64,000 nucleotides of DNA from Candidatus Latescibacterota bacterium (lineage in GTDB: Bacteria > Latescibacterota > UBA2968 > UBA8231): contig OZ242318.1 of assembly GCA_965208105.1 (NCBI GenBank), forward strand, positions 271,189 through 335,188, written 5' to 3'. The first letter of the stretch is position 1. Every line of letters starts with the position of its first letter. The notes under the pieces were generated by a model. It saw only the letters and a list, made by a program, of their open reading frames with translations, was not told the DNA's origin and searched no databases. Shown one piece after another: positions 41,170 to 50,926 of this stretch. The position numbers and the translations under genes are program-made.

Positions 41170-42564
41170 TCACAGGGACTGCAAAAAGGCGACGAGGGCG
41201 TCCCGGTCGCTCTCGTCGAGCCCTCCCACGAACTCCCTCGCTGCCTCGGCCTCGCCGCCGTGGAGCATGACGGCCTCCATCAGGGTACGGGCGCGGCCGT
41301 CGTGCAGGTAGGCCGGAATTCCGTTGACCGTCTCCGTAAGGCCGATGCCCCACAGTGGGGGGGTGCGCCATTCGCTGCCGTCGGCCTCGAAGTCCGGCCG
41401 GCCGTCGGCAAGCTCTTCCCCCATGTCGTGGAGCAGCAGGTCGGTGTAGGGATGAATGGTCTGCATGGACAAAGCGGCGATTTCATGGCTCCCGGTTTGC
41501 AGGGTGGGGAGATGACAGCCCGAGCATCCGGCTTTTGCGAAGAGCTTTTCGCCGCGCCGAACCTGGGGATCGTCGATGTTGCGGCGGGCGGGCACCGCCA
41601 GGGTCTGGATGTAGAAGGTGGTCACCTCCAGGATTTTGGGCCCGATCTCGGGATCGTCCTGGCGGCCGTCCGCCTGAACCTGGCCGGCTGTCGATTCGAA
41701 GGGGAAGTAAGGGCTGGTTACCCCCATGTCCTGGTGGTAGGCCGAGGCCACCTGCTGCAGCAGGTCCGGGTTGTTGGCCTTGAGGCCGAAGCGGCCCAGC
41801 TCGGTGCGTCCGCTGCGAAAGTTGTAGACCATGTTGGGGCGTCCGGAGATGCCGTCCCCGTCCCAGTCTCCAGGGTCGGCCAGGGCGAGGATGTCCCCTT
41901 CGGGGACCGCTTCGAGCAGGCCGCGGCCAAAGACCGGAGGAGCCATTCGCGGCGAGGTCAGGACCCCGGCCGGAAGGGCCTGGTAGGCATCGTAGATATG
42001 GTATTGGGGAACGCGTACCGCGTAGGCCTGGCCGTCGTCGAAATGACGTATTTCCTCGTGGTACAAGACCTCGATTCGCGCCTCCGGCTGTACTCCGAAG
42101 ACAGCGCGGTCCCCGATCTGCTCCCCGAAGCCCGGCACCGGACGCGGTGCCCCGGGGACCTCCGGATTGAGGCCGGGCAGGCTGACCCGCATGAGCATGG
42201 AGCCGAGGAATGGGGAAGTGTCGCCGAAACCATCGCGCCCGCGGCCGTCGCGCGCGTGGCACCCCACGCACGAGGTCTGGTTGAATACCGGACCCAGTCC
42301 GTGACCCACCTCGGCCGGTGCGGTGACGAAGATCTGCTCGAAAGCGGCGTCACCGGCCAGGAAGCGGTCCATTTCCTCTCCGTTCAAAGAAGGAATCGGG
42401 TTTTCGAAGGCCAGACTGCTGGCGTCGAATACGGTGGCGTCCCCGCCGGAAAGCAGGCGGTTCTCGCCCACTTCATCGGGCTCCACTCCCGAGCCGCCGT
42501 CGCCGCAGCCGGTGGGGAAGGCGGCGAGGAGCGCATAGATCAGCCATCTGCGGATAGGGGCCAT
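41170..42564 (-). CDS. Di-haem cytochrome c oxidoreductase/peroxidase-like lipoprotein (DUF1111 family)
   Basis: ORF 41170..42588; likely ATG 42564 (MAPIRRWLIYALLAAFPTGC lipobox). Two CxxCH motifs (CVGCH, CSGCH). Confidence 0.8.
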   Translation of the reverse strand: MAPIRRWLIYALLAAFPTGCGDGGSGVEPDEVGENRLLSGGDATVFDASSLAFENPIPSLNGEEMDRFLAGDAAFEQIFVTAPAEVGHGLGPVFNQTSCVGCHARDGRGRDGFGDTSPFLGSMLMRVSLPGLNPEVPGAPRPVPGFGEQIGDRAVFGVQPEARIEVLYHEEIRHFDDGQAYAVRVPQYHIYDAYQALPAGVLTSPRMAPPVFGRGLLEAVPEGDILALADPGDWDGDGISGRPNMVYNFRSGRTELGRFGLKANNPDLLQQVASAYHQDMGVTSPYFPFESTAGQVQADGRQDDPEIGPKILEVTTFYIQTLAVPARRNIDDPQVRRGEKLFAKAGCSGCHLPTLQTGSHEIAALSMQTIHPYTDLLLHDMGEELADGRPDFEADGSEWRTPPLWGIGLTETVNGIPAYLHDGRARTLMEAVMLHGGEAEAAREFVGGLDESDRDALVAFLQSL

Positions 42565-42590
42565 CTTCCGTGTTCCGCCGGCCAACAAAT

Positions 42591-43667
42591 TCAGTCGGCC
42601 AGGACCAGGGGCAGAATTGCCTCCTCCAGGGTCTGCTGTACGGTGGCAACGGCCGCCTGCGCCTTTTCCACCTGGCCGCGGTCGGAGAATATGGCTTCGC
42701 GGAAGGGCGGGGCGATGCTGCCGATCTCGTCGATCGCCGCCTGGATTTCATCCTTCAGGCGTTGGTCCAGGGCGGCGTTGCGCTCGCCGATGAACTCGTC
42801 CAGGCCGCGGCCGTCCTCCCGGTAGTTACCGGTGTAGACGTTGCTCACGCTGCGCAGGTTGTTCTGGAAATCGACGATGGAGTTGAAGCTGAACTGGGAT
42901 TCCACCAGGCGCGGGTCCTCTTCGGTCAGGGGATCGGCGATCTTGCCGTTGGCCACTTCGTCGCAGATGCCGATCATGCCGCCGACCATCTCCTGCACGG
43001 CCGCCTGGGCCGAGGGATAGACCGGGCTCCCCTTGCCCGCGTCGGTGACCTTCTGGCCGAAATTGCCCCCTGAAGGTATCCAGCTTTCGTACAATGCTCT
43101 GGTTGTTTCCTTGAGGTCCTCGGTGGTGGCTACGAGGTAGTCGAACTCCCGCGCCGTGAGGTCGGCTGCGGACTTGCCTCCTCCTTCGCCGAAAAGGAGG
43201 TATTCGATGGTGTGAAAGCCCTTGAGGGTGCCGTCGAGCCCGCCCACGTAGGCGGCGGTCAGCTCGTTGCCGCTGGCAAGGACACCGTCGAGGTCGGTGC
43301 GGTTCACCGGCCAACTGTCCAGCGCCGGGTCGTAGCCGTTGAAATCCACGGGACCGAAGAGAAAGCCCTCGCTGGCCTCCCAGGGAACGCGGGCGGCCAC
43401 CCAGCGGGTGCGGGCGGTGGTCAGGTTCTCAGCGCTGGGATCCTCCCGCAGGGCTCCCACGGCGGCCAGGAGGTCGCCGGCGCGCTTGTCCAGGTCGGCG
43501 TAGGTGGCGATGACCACCTTGTTGGTGAAGTCGTCGAGGACGGGCCCGAAATCGAAGGCCGCGGGTTCAGCCGTCGGTGGGGTGCTGTCGTCGTCGCCGC
43601 AGCCGGCGACCAGGATCAGACCGGACAGGACAAGCCAGAGGCGTGAAAGAGGGACGATGGCGTTCAT
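42591..43667 (-). CDS. Imelysin-like (Peptidase_M75 / IrpA-type) lipoprotein
   Basis: 358 aa, lipobox LVAGC. GFHTIEYLLFG (HxxE motif) and WEASEGFLFGPV are typical imelysin segments. Confidence 0.8.
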   Translation of the reverse strand: MNAIVPLSRLWLVLSGLILVAGCGDDDSTPPTAEPAAFDFGPVLDDFTNKVVIATYADLDKRAGDLLAAVGALREDPSAENLTTARTRWVAARVPWEASEGFLFGPVDFNGYDPALDSWPVNRTDLDGVLASGNELTAAYVGGLDGTLKGFHTIEYLLFGEGGGKSAADLTAREFDYLVATTEDLKETTRALYESWIPSGGNFGQKVTDAGKGSPVYPSAQAAVQEMVGGMIGICDEVANGKIADPLTEEDPRLVESQFSFNSIVDFQNNLRSVSNVYTGNYREDGRGLDEFIGERNAALDQRLKDEIQAAIDEIGSIAPPFREAIFSDRGQVEKAQAAVATVQQTLEEAILPLVLAD

Positions 43668-43683
43668 GCTTGACTCCTTTTCG

Positions 43684-45021
43684 TTAAAATTGGAATCCCA
43701 GACCCAGGCCGAGGGTGTTTTCCGGGTTGAAGCGGGCGGCGCCCAGCCGCCGCATGGCGTAGTCGGCCTTGAGAATCAGGGCGTTTTGAAGGTTGTAGTT
43801 GACGCCGATGGTATAGACACGGCGCTGGAATCGAGGATTGTCGAAGGTTTCAGCCGGCACCGAGGCCATGCTGTCGTAGGCGTCCAGGCGCAGGAAAACA
43901 TCCAGACCCCGCTGGGGGGCAGGCCTCAGCAAGGGCAGCAGGTCATAGCCAATTTCGAGGAAGGCGGCGTAAGCTCCCCGGGCTACCGGTGAGCGCAGGA
44001 CGTCCAGGTTGTTCGACAGGGTGCGGTTGCGGGCGCTGACCACCGCGGCGTTTTGAAGGTGTCCGTAGAGGTAGAGTCCTCGCGCCCGCAGCCCCCCGAG
44101 GGTCAGCGTTCCGTGCACGTCGACGATGGTGACGTGGGCGTCGACTCCCTCCATGTCGGGCTTGGGACGGTTGTCGGCGCTGTCGCCGCGATAGGCTGAA
44201 ATCCCCAGTTGGCCCAGGGAAGCGATTTCGTAGTCCAGGCGCCCGACCCAGGCCAGATTGGTGGCCTGCACGGTCTCGAAGCGCTTCTGGTGGCCGCCCG
44301 CGACCCAGTGCTGGGAGCTGAAACCGGTGGCGTCCAGGCCGTTGACAAGCTGCAGCTGGTAGCGCCAAGCTCCATAGGCACCGGAGACCTCGGCCCCGGT
44401 TTCATGCCACAGGGCGGGGATGATCGTGGTTTCAGCTTCGGAGCGGCGGGTGCTGAAGAATGAAGAGGGAAGGTAGTTATGGCTCAATTGGCCGACGGCG
44501 ACGTAGAAATGCCCCAGCCGCAGGCGGAAAGCATCGGTGAAGGTGCGCTTGACGGCCAGTTCCTCGACCACGACCTCCCCCCCTTTTTCGATTTCCTGCT
44601 CGAACTCGCCGAACTCCTCGAACTCCAGCTCCAGGGCGGCGCCGCTGCCGCCGTGCTCGAATTCCACCTCGGCCTCGAGTTCGGTGCGGTCGAGCAGCTC
44701 CACCTCCAGCTCAAGGGCGAGGCGGGTGATGTCCATGGTGGCGCGGCTGTCGGGTGATGAGCCTTTCGGACCGCTTTTCTGATCGGGGCCGTAATCGTAA
44801 TGAGAATAATGAAGTTCCCCGTAGCCTTCGAGATGAACCCGGGGATATTCTGATGCCTGGGAGCGGAAATAAGTTGATGCGATGAGGAAAACTACAAGAA
44901 GTAACAAACAGCGGCTCAGTCGGTTATAACATGTATGACACAAATTGCATATGGCAATCCTTAGACAAGTATACAAAACATTAATTTGCTTAGCAATACT
45001 TTTGTTTGGTTTACCAAACAT
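43684..45021 (-). CDS. Outer-membrane beta-barrel porin (porin O/P-like)
   Basis: C-terminal part of the chimeric ORF 43684..46491. Start is ATG 45021 or TTG 44943 (signal peptide ...LLLLVVFLIASTYFRSQA). Alternating amphipathic strands with a C-terminal ...LGLGLGFQF. Confidence 0.6.
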   Translation of the reverse strand: MFGKPNKSIAKQINVLYTCLRIAICNLCHTCYNRLSRCLLLLVVFLIASTYFRSQASEYPRVHLEGYGELHYSHYDYGPDQKSGPKGSSPDSRATMDITRLALELEVELLDRTELEAEVEFEHGGSGAALELEFEEFGEFEQEIEKGGEVVVEELAVKRTFTDAFRLRLGHFYVAVGQLSHNYLPSSFFSTRRSEAETTIIPALWHETGAEVSGAYGAWRYQLQLVNGLDATGFSSQHWVAGGHQKRFETVQATNLAWVGRLDYEIASLGQLGISAYRGDSADNRPKPDMEGVDAHVTIVDVHGTLTLGGLRARGLYLYGHLQNAAVVSARNRTLSNNLDVLRSPVARGAYAAFLEIGYDLLPLLRPAPQRGLDVFLRLDAYDSMASVPAETFDNPRFQRRVYTIGVNYNLQNALILKADYAMRRLGAARFNPENTLGLGLGFQF

Positions 45022-45134
45022 GTCGAATGATTTGGCCTTCTCTCGAGGGTATGGCCCTGTCCTTGTGTTGTCTGGTGAAAGGGAGGCAGATGAGCTTTCC
45101 CGCGGCAGGGTGCGGGGCGGGTTCCCTCGTCCGG

Positions 45135-46322
45135 TCAGGGGACCCCGTGTCCGGCGGCGAATTCCGCCGCGTCGTCGACGCTGCAAAGCGGCCTTCCGCC
45201 GAGGGCCAGCTCGAAGCGGCGGCCCTCCAGGCGCGAGCTGAGTTCGGCTGCGTTGGCCACCAGCAGTGTCTTCCACCCTACCTCGGGTCCGAGGTCGAAG
45301 GGGGTGCCTCCGCGGACTTGCCGCGCGAATGCGTCCAGCTCCGCCGCGTAGGCAGTGGCGTAGCGCGGGTAGAAGTCGGGGTGCCGCGGCTCCGGCCTGC
45401 GCATTGGAAACTTGCGTTGGGCTTCCAGGGTGCCGCGGGGCAGGGGACTGCGGCCGGTGCCGCGCCACAGCCTGGCGCCGACCTCGCCGAAATCGCCGCT
45501 GAACTCGCCCACGTCGATGCGGCCTTCGCTGCCGATCAGCTTGAACCCGTTGTCGTAACCGGTGGCGTTGATCCGCGAGCCCCAGAGATGGGCGACGGAG
45601 TGGTCCGCCCAGGTGCAGAAGACGTGGACGATGTTGGCCCCTTCCCGGGCCCGGTCTTCGTAGTGCGGGGCCATGAAACGCAGGGCCTGCACGTAGCGGG
45701 GCAGCTCGAAGGACCTGAAGCTCATGGCTTCGAAGACCAGGTGGATGGCCATATCCGCGGTGATGCCACAGCTCTGGTAGTCCGGCGGCGTGGGATTCTT
45801 GTCCTGGAGCACGTGGTGGCTCTGTTGCAGGAGGCCGATACTGCCTTTCGCCACCCACTCCCCGGCGGCCTGCGCCGGCGGATCGTAGTAGCGCTGCAGC
45901 GCCACCTGCACCAGGTGGGGGCCGTCCGCGCCCAGTTCCTTGACGTATTGCACGGCTTCGGCCACGGAATGGGCCATGGGCTTCTCCACCATCACGGGAA
46001 TGCCCCGGCTGGTGAAGGCCCCGCTGTCGGCGGCGTGGTCCTCGGTGCGCGACGCTACCACCACCCCGTCCAGCGGGAGAGCGGCGGCCATTTCCCCGGG
46101 GTCCTCGAACCGGGCGGGCCGAGGTGCGGGCCCTGGGCCCATCTCCTCGTTCACCGCCGCAAAGGCCGCCGAGCGCACCGAATCGAGGCGGTCCCCCAGC
46201 GCCACCAGTTCTATCGTGCCTTCCCGGACCATGCGCAACAGGTTCTCCAGGTGCACCCGGCCCATGCGGCCGACACCGAAGATTCCCATTCGCAGTGGTT
46301 CCATCTCTCCCTTGCGGGACAC
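45135..46322 (-). CDS. Gfo/Idh/MocA family oxidoreductase
   Basis: 395 aa. LRMGIFGVGRMGRVHLENL Rossmann motif and VMVEKPMAH. Confidence 0.75.
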   Translation of the reverse strand: MSRKGEMEPLRMGIFGVGRMGRVHLENLLRMVREGTIELVALGDRLDSVRSAAFAAVNEEMGPGPAPRPARFEDPGEMAAALPLDGVVVASRTEDHAADSGAFTSRGIPVMVEKPMAHSVAEAVQYVKELGADGPHLVQVALQRYYDPPAQAAGEWVAKGSIGLLQQSHHVLQDKNPTPPDYQSCGITADMAIHLVFEAMSFRSFELPRYVQALRFMAPHYEDRAREGANIVHVFCTWADHSVAHLWGSRINATGYDNGFKLIGSEGRIDVGEFSGDFGEVGARLWRGTGRSPLPRGTLEAQRKFPMRRPEPRHPDFYPRYATAYAAELDAFARQVRGGTPFDLGPEVGWKTLLVANAAELSSRLEGRRFELALGGRPLCSVDDAAEFAAGHGVP

Positions 46323-46613
46323 TCTTTCCTCCGGTTTTCAGTGCCGATGCGGTCGGGGACGCGCCGCCCCCGGTGGCTGCCTGCCTGACAAACCTACCAC
46401 ATCCGCGCTGCCCCGCCAGGCAGCCGCACTGCCCATCCTCCGCGTCCGCGTCGAGGCTTGCGGCTGGCGCCCATTTGAGTGTTGCCTGCATCCGGCATTT
46501 ATATTTTCTTCTCGGCTGCCTGGCACCCCGGGCGCCGAGGAGATGCGGCTACCCCGGATCCGGTCTCCCGGGCAGCCCCCGCCCATCAATCTCTAGTAAG
46601 GAGGACAGCGCCG

Positions 46614-47303
46614 ATGAACCTGGTTTTCGTAGGATGCGAGTACGCCGGCAAGTCGACCATCGCGGCCAGAGTCATGGAGTGGGCCGAGGAGACCCTGGGA
46701 GGAACGAGCCATTTCCACGATCACATGAGTGTTCCCTCGAGCGAGCTGACCCCCGAAGCCCAGGATTCCCTGGCGCAGGTGCATCCCCAGGTCCTGGAAA
46801 TGTTCCAGCGCTACATGATCGACTACCACGTCTCCGAGGGCTTTTACGGCAACGAGGACCACAACCTGATGGGGCTGGTAATAGAGGAGGCGGTGTACGC
46901 GCCGCTGTACTACGGCTATGGAGGCCGGGACAGCGCGGCGCCGGAGCGCAGCCCGGAGGGACAGCGCACCAAGATGGCGCGGATGATCGAGGCCACCATG
47001 CTGGAGCGGGGTCCGGGGACCGTGCAGGTGCTGTTCAAGGCGGCGCCGGAGGTGATCAAGGCGCGGATGGCGGCTGCGCCGCACCGGCACCAGCTGGTGC
47101 GGGAGGAGGACGTGGAGCAGGTGCTCGAGCGCTTCGAGGAGGAGTTCGCGGCCTCCCTGATCCAGCGCCGGTTCGTGCTGGATACCACGGCGGCGACGGA
47201 GGAGGAGACCATGGCGGAGTTCGTGGCCAGGTACGAGCCCTTTCACACCGAAGCCGACCGCGAACGCATGCGCCGCCGCAGGGAGGCTGCAGGGCAGGGG
47301 TGA
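46614..47303 (+). CDS. P-loop NTPase/kinase-like protein (hypothetical)
   Basis: ATG 46614 behind TAAGGAGGA. Walker A GCEYAGKST at the N-terminus. 229 aa. Confidence 0.55.
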   Translation: MNLVFVGCEYAGKSTIAARVMEWAEETLGGTSHFHDHMSVPSSELTPEAQDSLAQVHPQVLEMFQRYMIDYHVSEGFYGNEDHNLMGLVIEEAVYAPLYYGYGGRDSAAPERSPEGQRTKMARMIEATMLERGPGTVQVLFKAAPEVIKARMAAAPHRHQLVREEDVEQVLERFEEEFAASLIQRRFVLDTTAATEEETMAEFVARYEPFHTEADRERMRRRREAAGQG

Positions 47304-47484
47304 TCAGAGCGCCCCGGTCTCTGTCTTCCCGCCCCCTTCCCGCTGCCTGCAACGGCCTGTCGGCCCAATCCGTAGAGGCGAACACCGGAGATTCGGATTC
47401 TCCGCCGGGTCCACTACTCCCTGGATATGAAGAGGGCTGCCCGATCTGCCGGGCAACCCAGGGAAAATCACAACGCCGGAGCAG

Positions 47485-48771
47485 ATGATGAATTTCAAGT
47501 TGTTCGACGTGGATGCGCACGCCCCCGATGCGCAGGACGTTGCGGTGGTCGAACCCTGGCGCCACATCGTCGTCGACCCCGACCACGCCGCCGCCTGGAT
47601 GGTGGCCGGAGACGTGGACGGCGACGGGGAGATGGAGATAGTGGGTGCCCGCAATCGCCGCGACACGGACGGTCACTTCGTCACCGCGGTGAGCGCCCAC
47701 AAACTCGACGGAACCCGCCTGTGGAGCTGGGGAACGCCGGGAGCGGGACATCCCGAGCTTGGCTACGACGTCGCCTGCCAGCTCTATGACTGGGACGGAG
47801 ACGGCAATCTGGAGGTCGTATTCGCCACCGCGGATCATCTCGTCGAGCTCGACGGCGCGACCGGCGAGGAGAGGGGGCGCTTCCCCATCCCCCCCGGGGC
47901 ATTCGACTGCGTCGTCTTCGCCAACCTCAGCGGCGGCGAGCACCCCGCCGAGGTGCTGGTGAAGACCCGCTACCGCCAGATCTGGGCTTTCGACCGGCAG
48001 GGAAAGGAGCTGTGGACCATCAAGGACCCGGTGCGCCACCGCACCGCGCACCAGCCCTTTCCGGTGGATATCGACGGAGACGGGCGCGACGAGCTGGTGG
48101 CCGGCTATGTCCTGCTGAATCCCACCGGAACGGTGCGCTGGCAGATGCGCGGACTGGGACTGGAGTACCTCACCGAGGACGGCGGCCATCTCGACTGCGC
48201 CCGCGTACTGCGCCGGGGAGATACCCCTGCCGACACCTACCTGGCCGTCACCGGCTGCGGCCACAACTTCATGGCCGCGGTGGACGGCGAAGGCGAGGCG
48301 GTCTGGAATCTGGACGGCCCCCACTTCGAATCCATCGACATCGGCAATGTCTGCCCGGACGTTCCCGGCGCGCAGATCGTCGTGGACCTGGCCCACGTGG
48401 AGTGCGATGACGAGCCCCTCTGGGTAGTCCACGAAAACGGCGAGGTGCTGGGGCAGATCATGACCCGCGGCAGCAGATTTCACTTCCTCGTCGACTGGGA
48501 CGGTTCGGGAGTCGAGTCAATTCTGATCGGGCACATTGCCGCCCTCTTCGACGGCAGCGGCCGCAAGGTGGCGCGCTTCCAGACCCCCGCCTCCTGGCCC
48601 TCTAACAAGTCCATATGCCACTGCGGCGACATGACCGGAGACGGCGTCCCCGATGTCGTCCTGAGCAACCCCACCGGCTCGGAGATATGCGTATACCGCA
48701 ACGAGAAGGGCGGGCCGCCGCCCTCCCCGCCCGTTCGCCATTTCAGCCGGGTCAACTACACCCTCTACTGA
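47485..48771 (+). CDS. FG-GAP/VCBS-like repeat beta-propeller protein (no signal peptide seen)
   Basis: 428 aa. Repeated Ca-binding-type motifs: GDVDGDGEMEIV, YDWDGDGNLEVV, VDIDGDGRDELV, VDWDGSGVESIL, GDMTGDGVPDVV. Confidence 0.65.
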   Translation: MMNFKLFDVDAHAPDAQDVAVVEPWRHIVVDPDHAAAWMVAGDVDGDGEMEIVGARNRRDTDGHFVTAVSAHKLDGTRLWSWGTPGAGHPELGYDVACQLYDWDGDGNLEVVFATADHLVELDGATGEERGRFPIPPGAFDCVVFANLSGGEHPAEVLVKTRYRQIWAFDRQGKELWTIKDPVRHRTAHQPFPVDIDGDGRDELVAGYVLLNPTGTVRWQMRGLGLEYLTEDGGHLDCARVLRRGDTPADTYLAVTGCGHNFMAAVDGEGEAVWNLDGPHFESIDIGNVCPDVPGAQIVVDLAHVECDDEPLWVVHENGEVLGQIMTRGSRFHFLVDWDGSGVESILIGHIAALFDGSGRKVARFQTPASWPSNKSICHCGDMTGDGVPDVVLSNPTGSEICVYRNEKGGPPPSPPVRHFSRVNYTLY

Positions 48772-48810
48772 GCGCGGGACCGTTTCGGCGGCCAAGCAAA
48801 GGAGAACGCG

Positions 48811-49092
48811 ATGAAGGACAGGGAGCAAGGCGCCCGATGCGACATCTGCGGCGAAGAATCCGAAGAAGAGGTCCCCATCACATTCTACCCGGTGAAACAC
48901 GAAGACCGGCCGGCCGATCTGTATCGGGCCCTGGTCCGCTTTGAGAAGGTCGACTACGGGGAGGAGGGACTCGTCCGCCTGGGAGATGCGCGCATCTGCC
49001 TGCGCTGCTTTCTCATGCGCTGCATCGACAAGTTGCCGCGCAACGAGGCGCGGCTGACCTACCGGGACGGGCACCACGCCTACGAGGAATGA
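48811..49092 (+). CDS. Small zinc-ribbon-like protein (CxxC...CxxC), hypothetical
   Basis: 93 aa, AAGGAG 7 nt upstream. CDICGEE ... CLRCFLMRC. Confidence 0.5.
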   Translation: MKDREQGARCDICGEESEEEVPITFYPVKHEDRPADLYRALVRFEKVDYGEEGLVRLGDARICLRCFLMRCIDKLPRNEARLTYRDGHHAYEE

Positions 49093-49137
49093 GCGGGCGG
49101 GGCGGGTTTTCGGCAATTGACATAAAGGAGAAGAGAG

Positions 49138-49980
49138 ATGAGCCGGTTGCGACTGGTGGAGGAGGACCTGCGCTTCAAGTTTTACTTCGACGGACAGTTC
49201 TGCCTGGCCTACAACAAGGGGCATTTGAATCTGGGAGACTTCTACCTGTCGCGGCCCAATTTCTTTCCGGTCTATTCCCCCAGCGGCCGGCAGGTAACCA
49301 CCAATTGCGCCTACCGCTACAACCACCACAAGTCCATCTTCATCGGCCACGCCAAGGTCAACGGCATAAACTTCTTCCACGACAACAATCACACCCGCGG
49401 CGATTTGGGAGACATCGAACTGGTGCAGGCCGAGGGTGAAACCGGCGGTTCCAGCATCCGGCTGCGCACCGAGAACAGGTGGGTCGCCAAGCAGGGGACC
49501 CACGTCCTGCAGGAACAGCGGGATATTTCATGGACCCCCGGGCAGCGCGTCCACGTCCTCGACATTTCCAGCTCCCTCGTTCCCCAGGTGGATGAAGTCG
49601 TTTTCGACCAGGACAGCCACTCCTACATCGGGGTGCGGGTCGCCGACACGATGGATGTGGAGGACGGCGGCCGCCTGCTCAACTCCAGGGGCCAGGCAGA
49701 CGAGGAGGAGACCATGGGAGAGTGCGCCGACTGGCTGGACTACAGCGGGACCGTGGCCGGCCGTTCGGTGGGCGTTACTCTCATGGCCCATCCCTCCAAT
49801 CCTCCCTCACCTTTCTTCACCCGCGACTACGGCACCATGCTCTCGAATTTCACCTTGCTGGAGCCCTATGTGCTAAAAGGGGACGAGACCCTGGTGCAGC
49901 GTTTCCGCCTCCTCGTGCACGAGGGCGCCGCCGATGCCGGAGAGATCGGCCGCTACCATGCCCGTTTCGCAGATTCCTGA
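49138..49980 (+). CDS. PmoA-like/DUF6807-type protein
   Basis: 280 aa behind AAGGAG. YRYNHHKSIFIGHAKVNGINFFHDNN and ADWLDYSGTVAGRSVGVTLMAHPSNP resemble the family usually annotated 'PmoA family protein', which is commonly found beside Gfo/Idh/MocA genes. Confidence 0.55.
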   Translation: MSRLRLVEEDLRFKFYFDGQFCLAYNKGHLNLGDFYLSRPNFFPVYSPSGRQVTTNCAYRYNHHKSIFIGHAKVNGINFFHDNNHTRGDLGDIELVQAEGETGGSSIRLRTENRWVAKQGTHVLQEQRDISWTPGQRVHVLDISSSLVPQVDEVVFDQDSHSYIGVRVADTMDVEDGGRLLNSRGQADEEETMGECADWLDYSGTVAGRSVGVTLMAHPSNPPSPFFTRDYGTMLSNFTLLEPYVLKGDETLVQRFRLLVHEGAADAGEIGRYHARFADS

Positions 49981-50064
49981 AGGTCGTTGCGGTCATGGAC
50001 CGGTCCTTTCGCCATTGCCTGGGTTGCCGGCCATCTCGCAAAGCAGGGAAGGAAGAAAATTGAA

Positions 50065-50799
50065 ATGCCCGAAAAACCGCTGAAGCAGAAGATGCGCGCC
50101 GGCGAGACGGTGGTGGGGGTGGTCATACCCTGCGCCATCGACCGCGTGGGTTTCCAGCGGATTATGGACCGGGGTCCGTACGAATTCGTCTCCGTCGACA
50201 GCCAGCATTCGGCGCTGAGTGAAAACGGTCTGGTGGACCTGTGCGCCCTGGCCGGCGAGTTCGGCATTCCCGTCCAGTTTCGCATCAAGCACACCCGCAA
50301 TACCTACCTGATCGGCAATTATCTGGACCTGGGTCCGGCGGGCGTGGAGGTTCCCCAGGTCGAGATGGAGGGGACCGTCGACGAGGCCATCGAGTACTTC
50401 TACTATCCGCCGGCAGGCGTGCGCAGCGTGGGCGGCGGCGCCCGCTTGAGGGTGGGGGAATTCGCCGATCCATTCGACTATGCCGAGTGGTGGAACGGCC
50501 ATGGCCTCCTGTGGATGCAGCTGGAGTCGGTACAGGCGGTGGAAAAGGTGTTCTGTCTGGCCAAGGAGGGCGTCGATTGCGTATCTTTCGGCCCGACCGA
50601 CCTGAGCTTCGATTTGAGGAACCATCCTCACCCGCGTCTCGAGACCGTGGATGATTGCGTGCGCAGCGTGGTGAGTACCCTGGAAGATGTTCCGGTGGCG
50701 GTCTGCTTCCGTACCTACAGCCCCGACCGCAGGCAGCGATACCTGGACATGGGGGTAGGGGTCATCCTCGAGCATCACCAGCATCTCGGGCTGCCGTGA
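50065..50799 (+). CDS. HpcH/HpaI aldolase/citrate-lyase family protein
   Basis: Internal ATG 50065 of ORF 49987..50799. EFVSVDSQHSALSE, VQFRIKHT, LWMQLESVQAVEKV and CVSFGPTDLS fit the TIM-barrel class II aldolase pattern. Confidence 0.7.
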   Translation: MPEKPLKQKMRAGETVVGVVIPCAIDRVGFQRIMDRGPYEFVSVDSQHSALSENGLVDLCALAGEFGIPVQFRIKHTRNTYLIGNYLDLGPAGVEVPQVEMEGTVDEAIEYFYYPPAGVRSVGGGARLRVGEFADPFDYAEWWNGHGLLWMQLESVQAVEKVFCLAKEGVDCVSFGPTDLSFDLRNHPHPRLETVDDCVRSVVSTLEDVPVAVCFRTYSPDRRQRYLDMGVGVILEHHQHLGLP

Positions 50800-50926
50800 C
50801 TGGGGCCGCCGTCCCGGCGCCTAGACCTGCAGCCTGCCTGGCTCTTCCGGCCGCGGGCAGCCATGCCGGCGATAGTTCCCGGGGTCATTGCCGGGGAGGA
50901 GTTGATCAATCAGGGAGGAGCTGATC

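Noticed and set aside
43684-46491. 935-aa ORF that would fuse the porin with upstream sequence
   Set aside because: Only the C-terminal part (to about 45021) looks like a protein (signal peptide plus beta-barrel). The N-terminal two-thirds overlaps the well-supported Gfo/Idh/MocA gene (45135-46322) in another frame and is low-complexity Arg/Gly/Pro.
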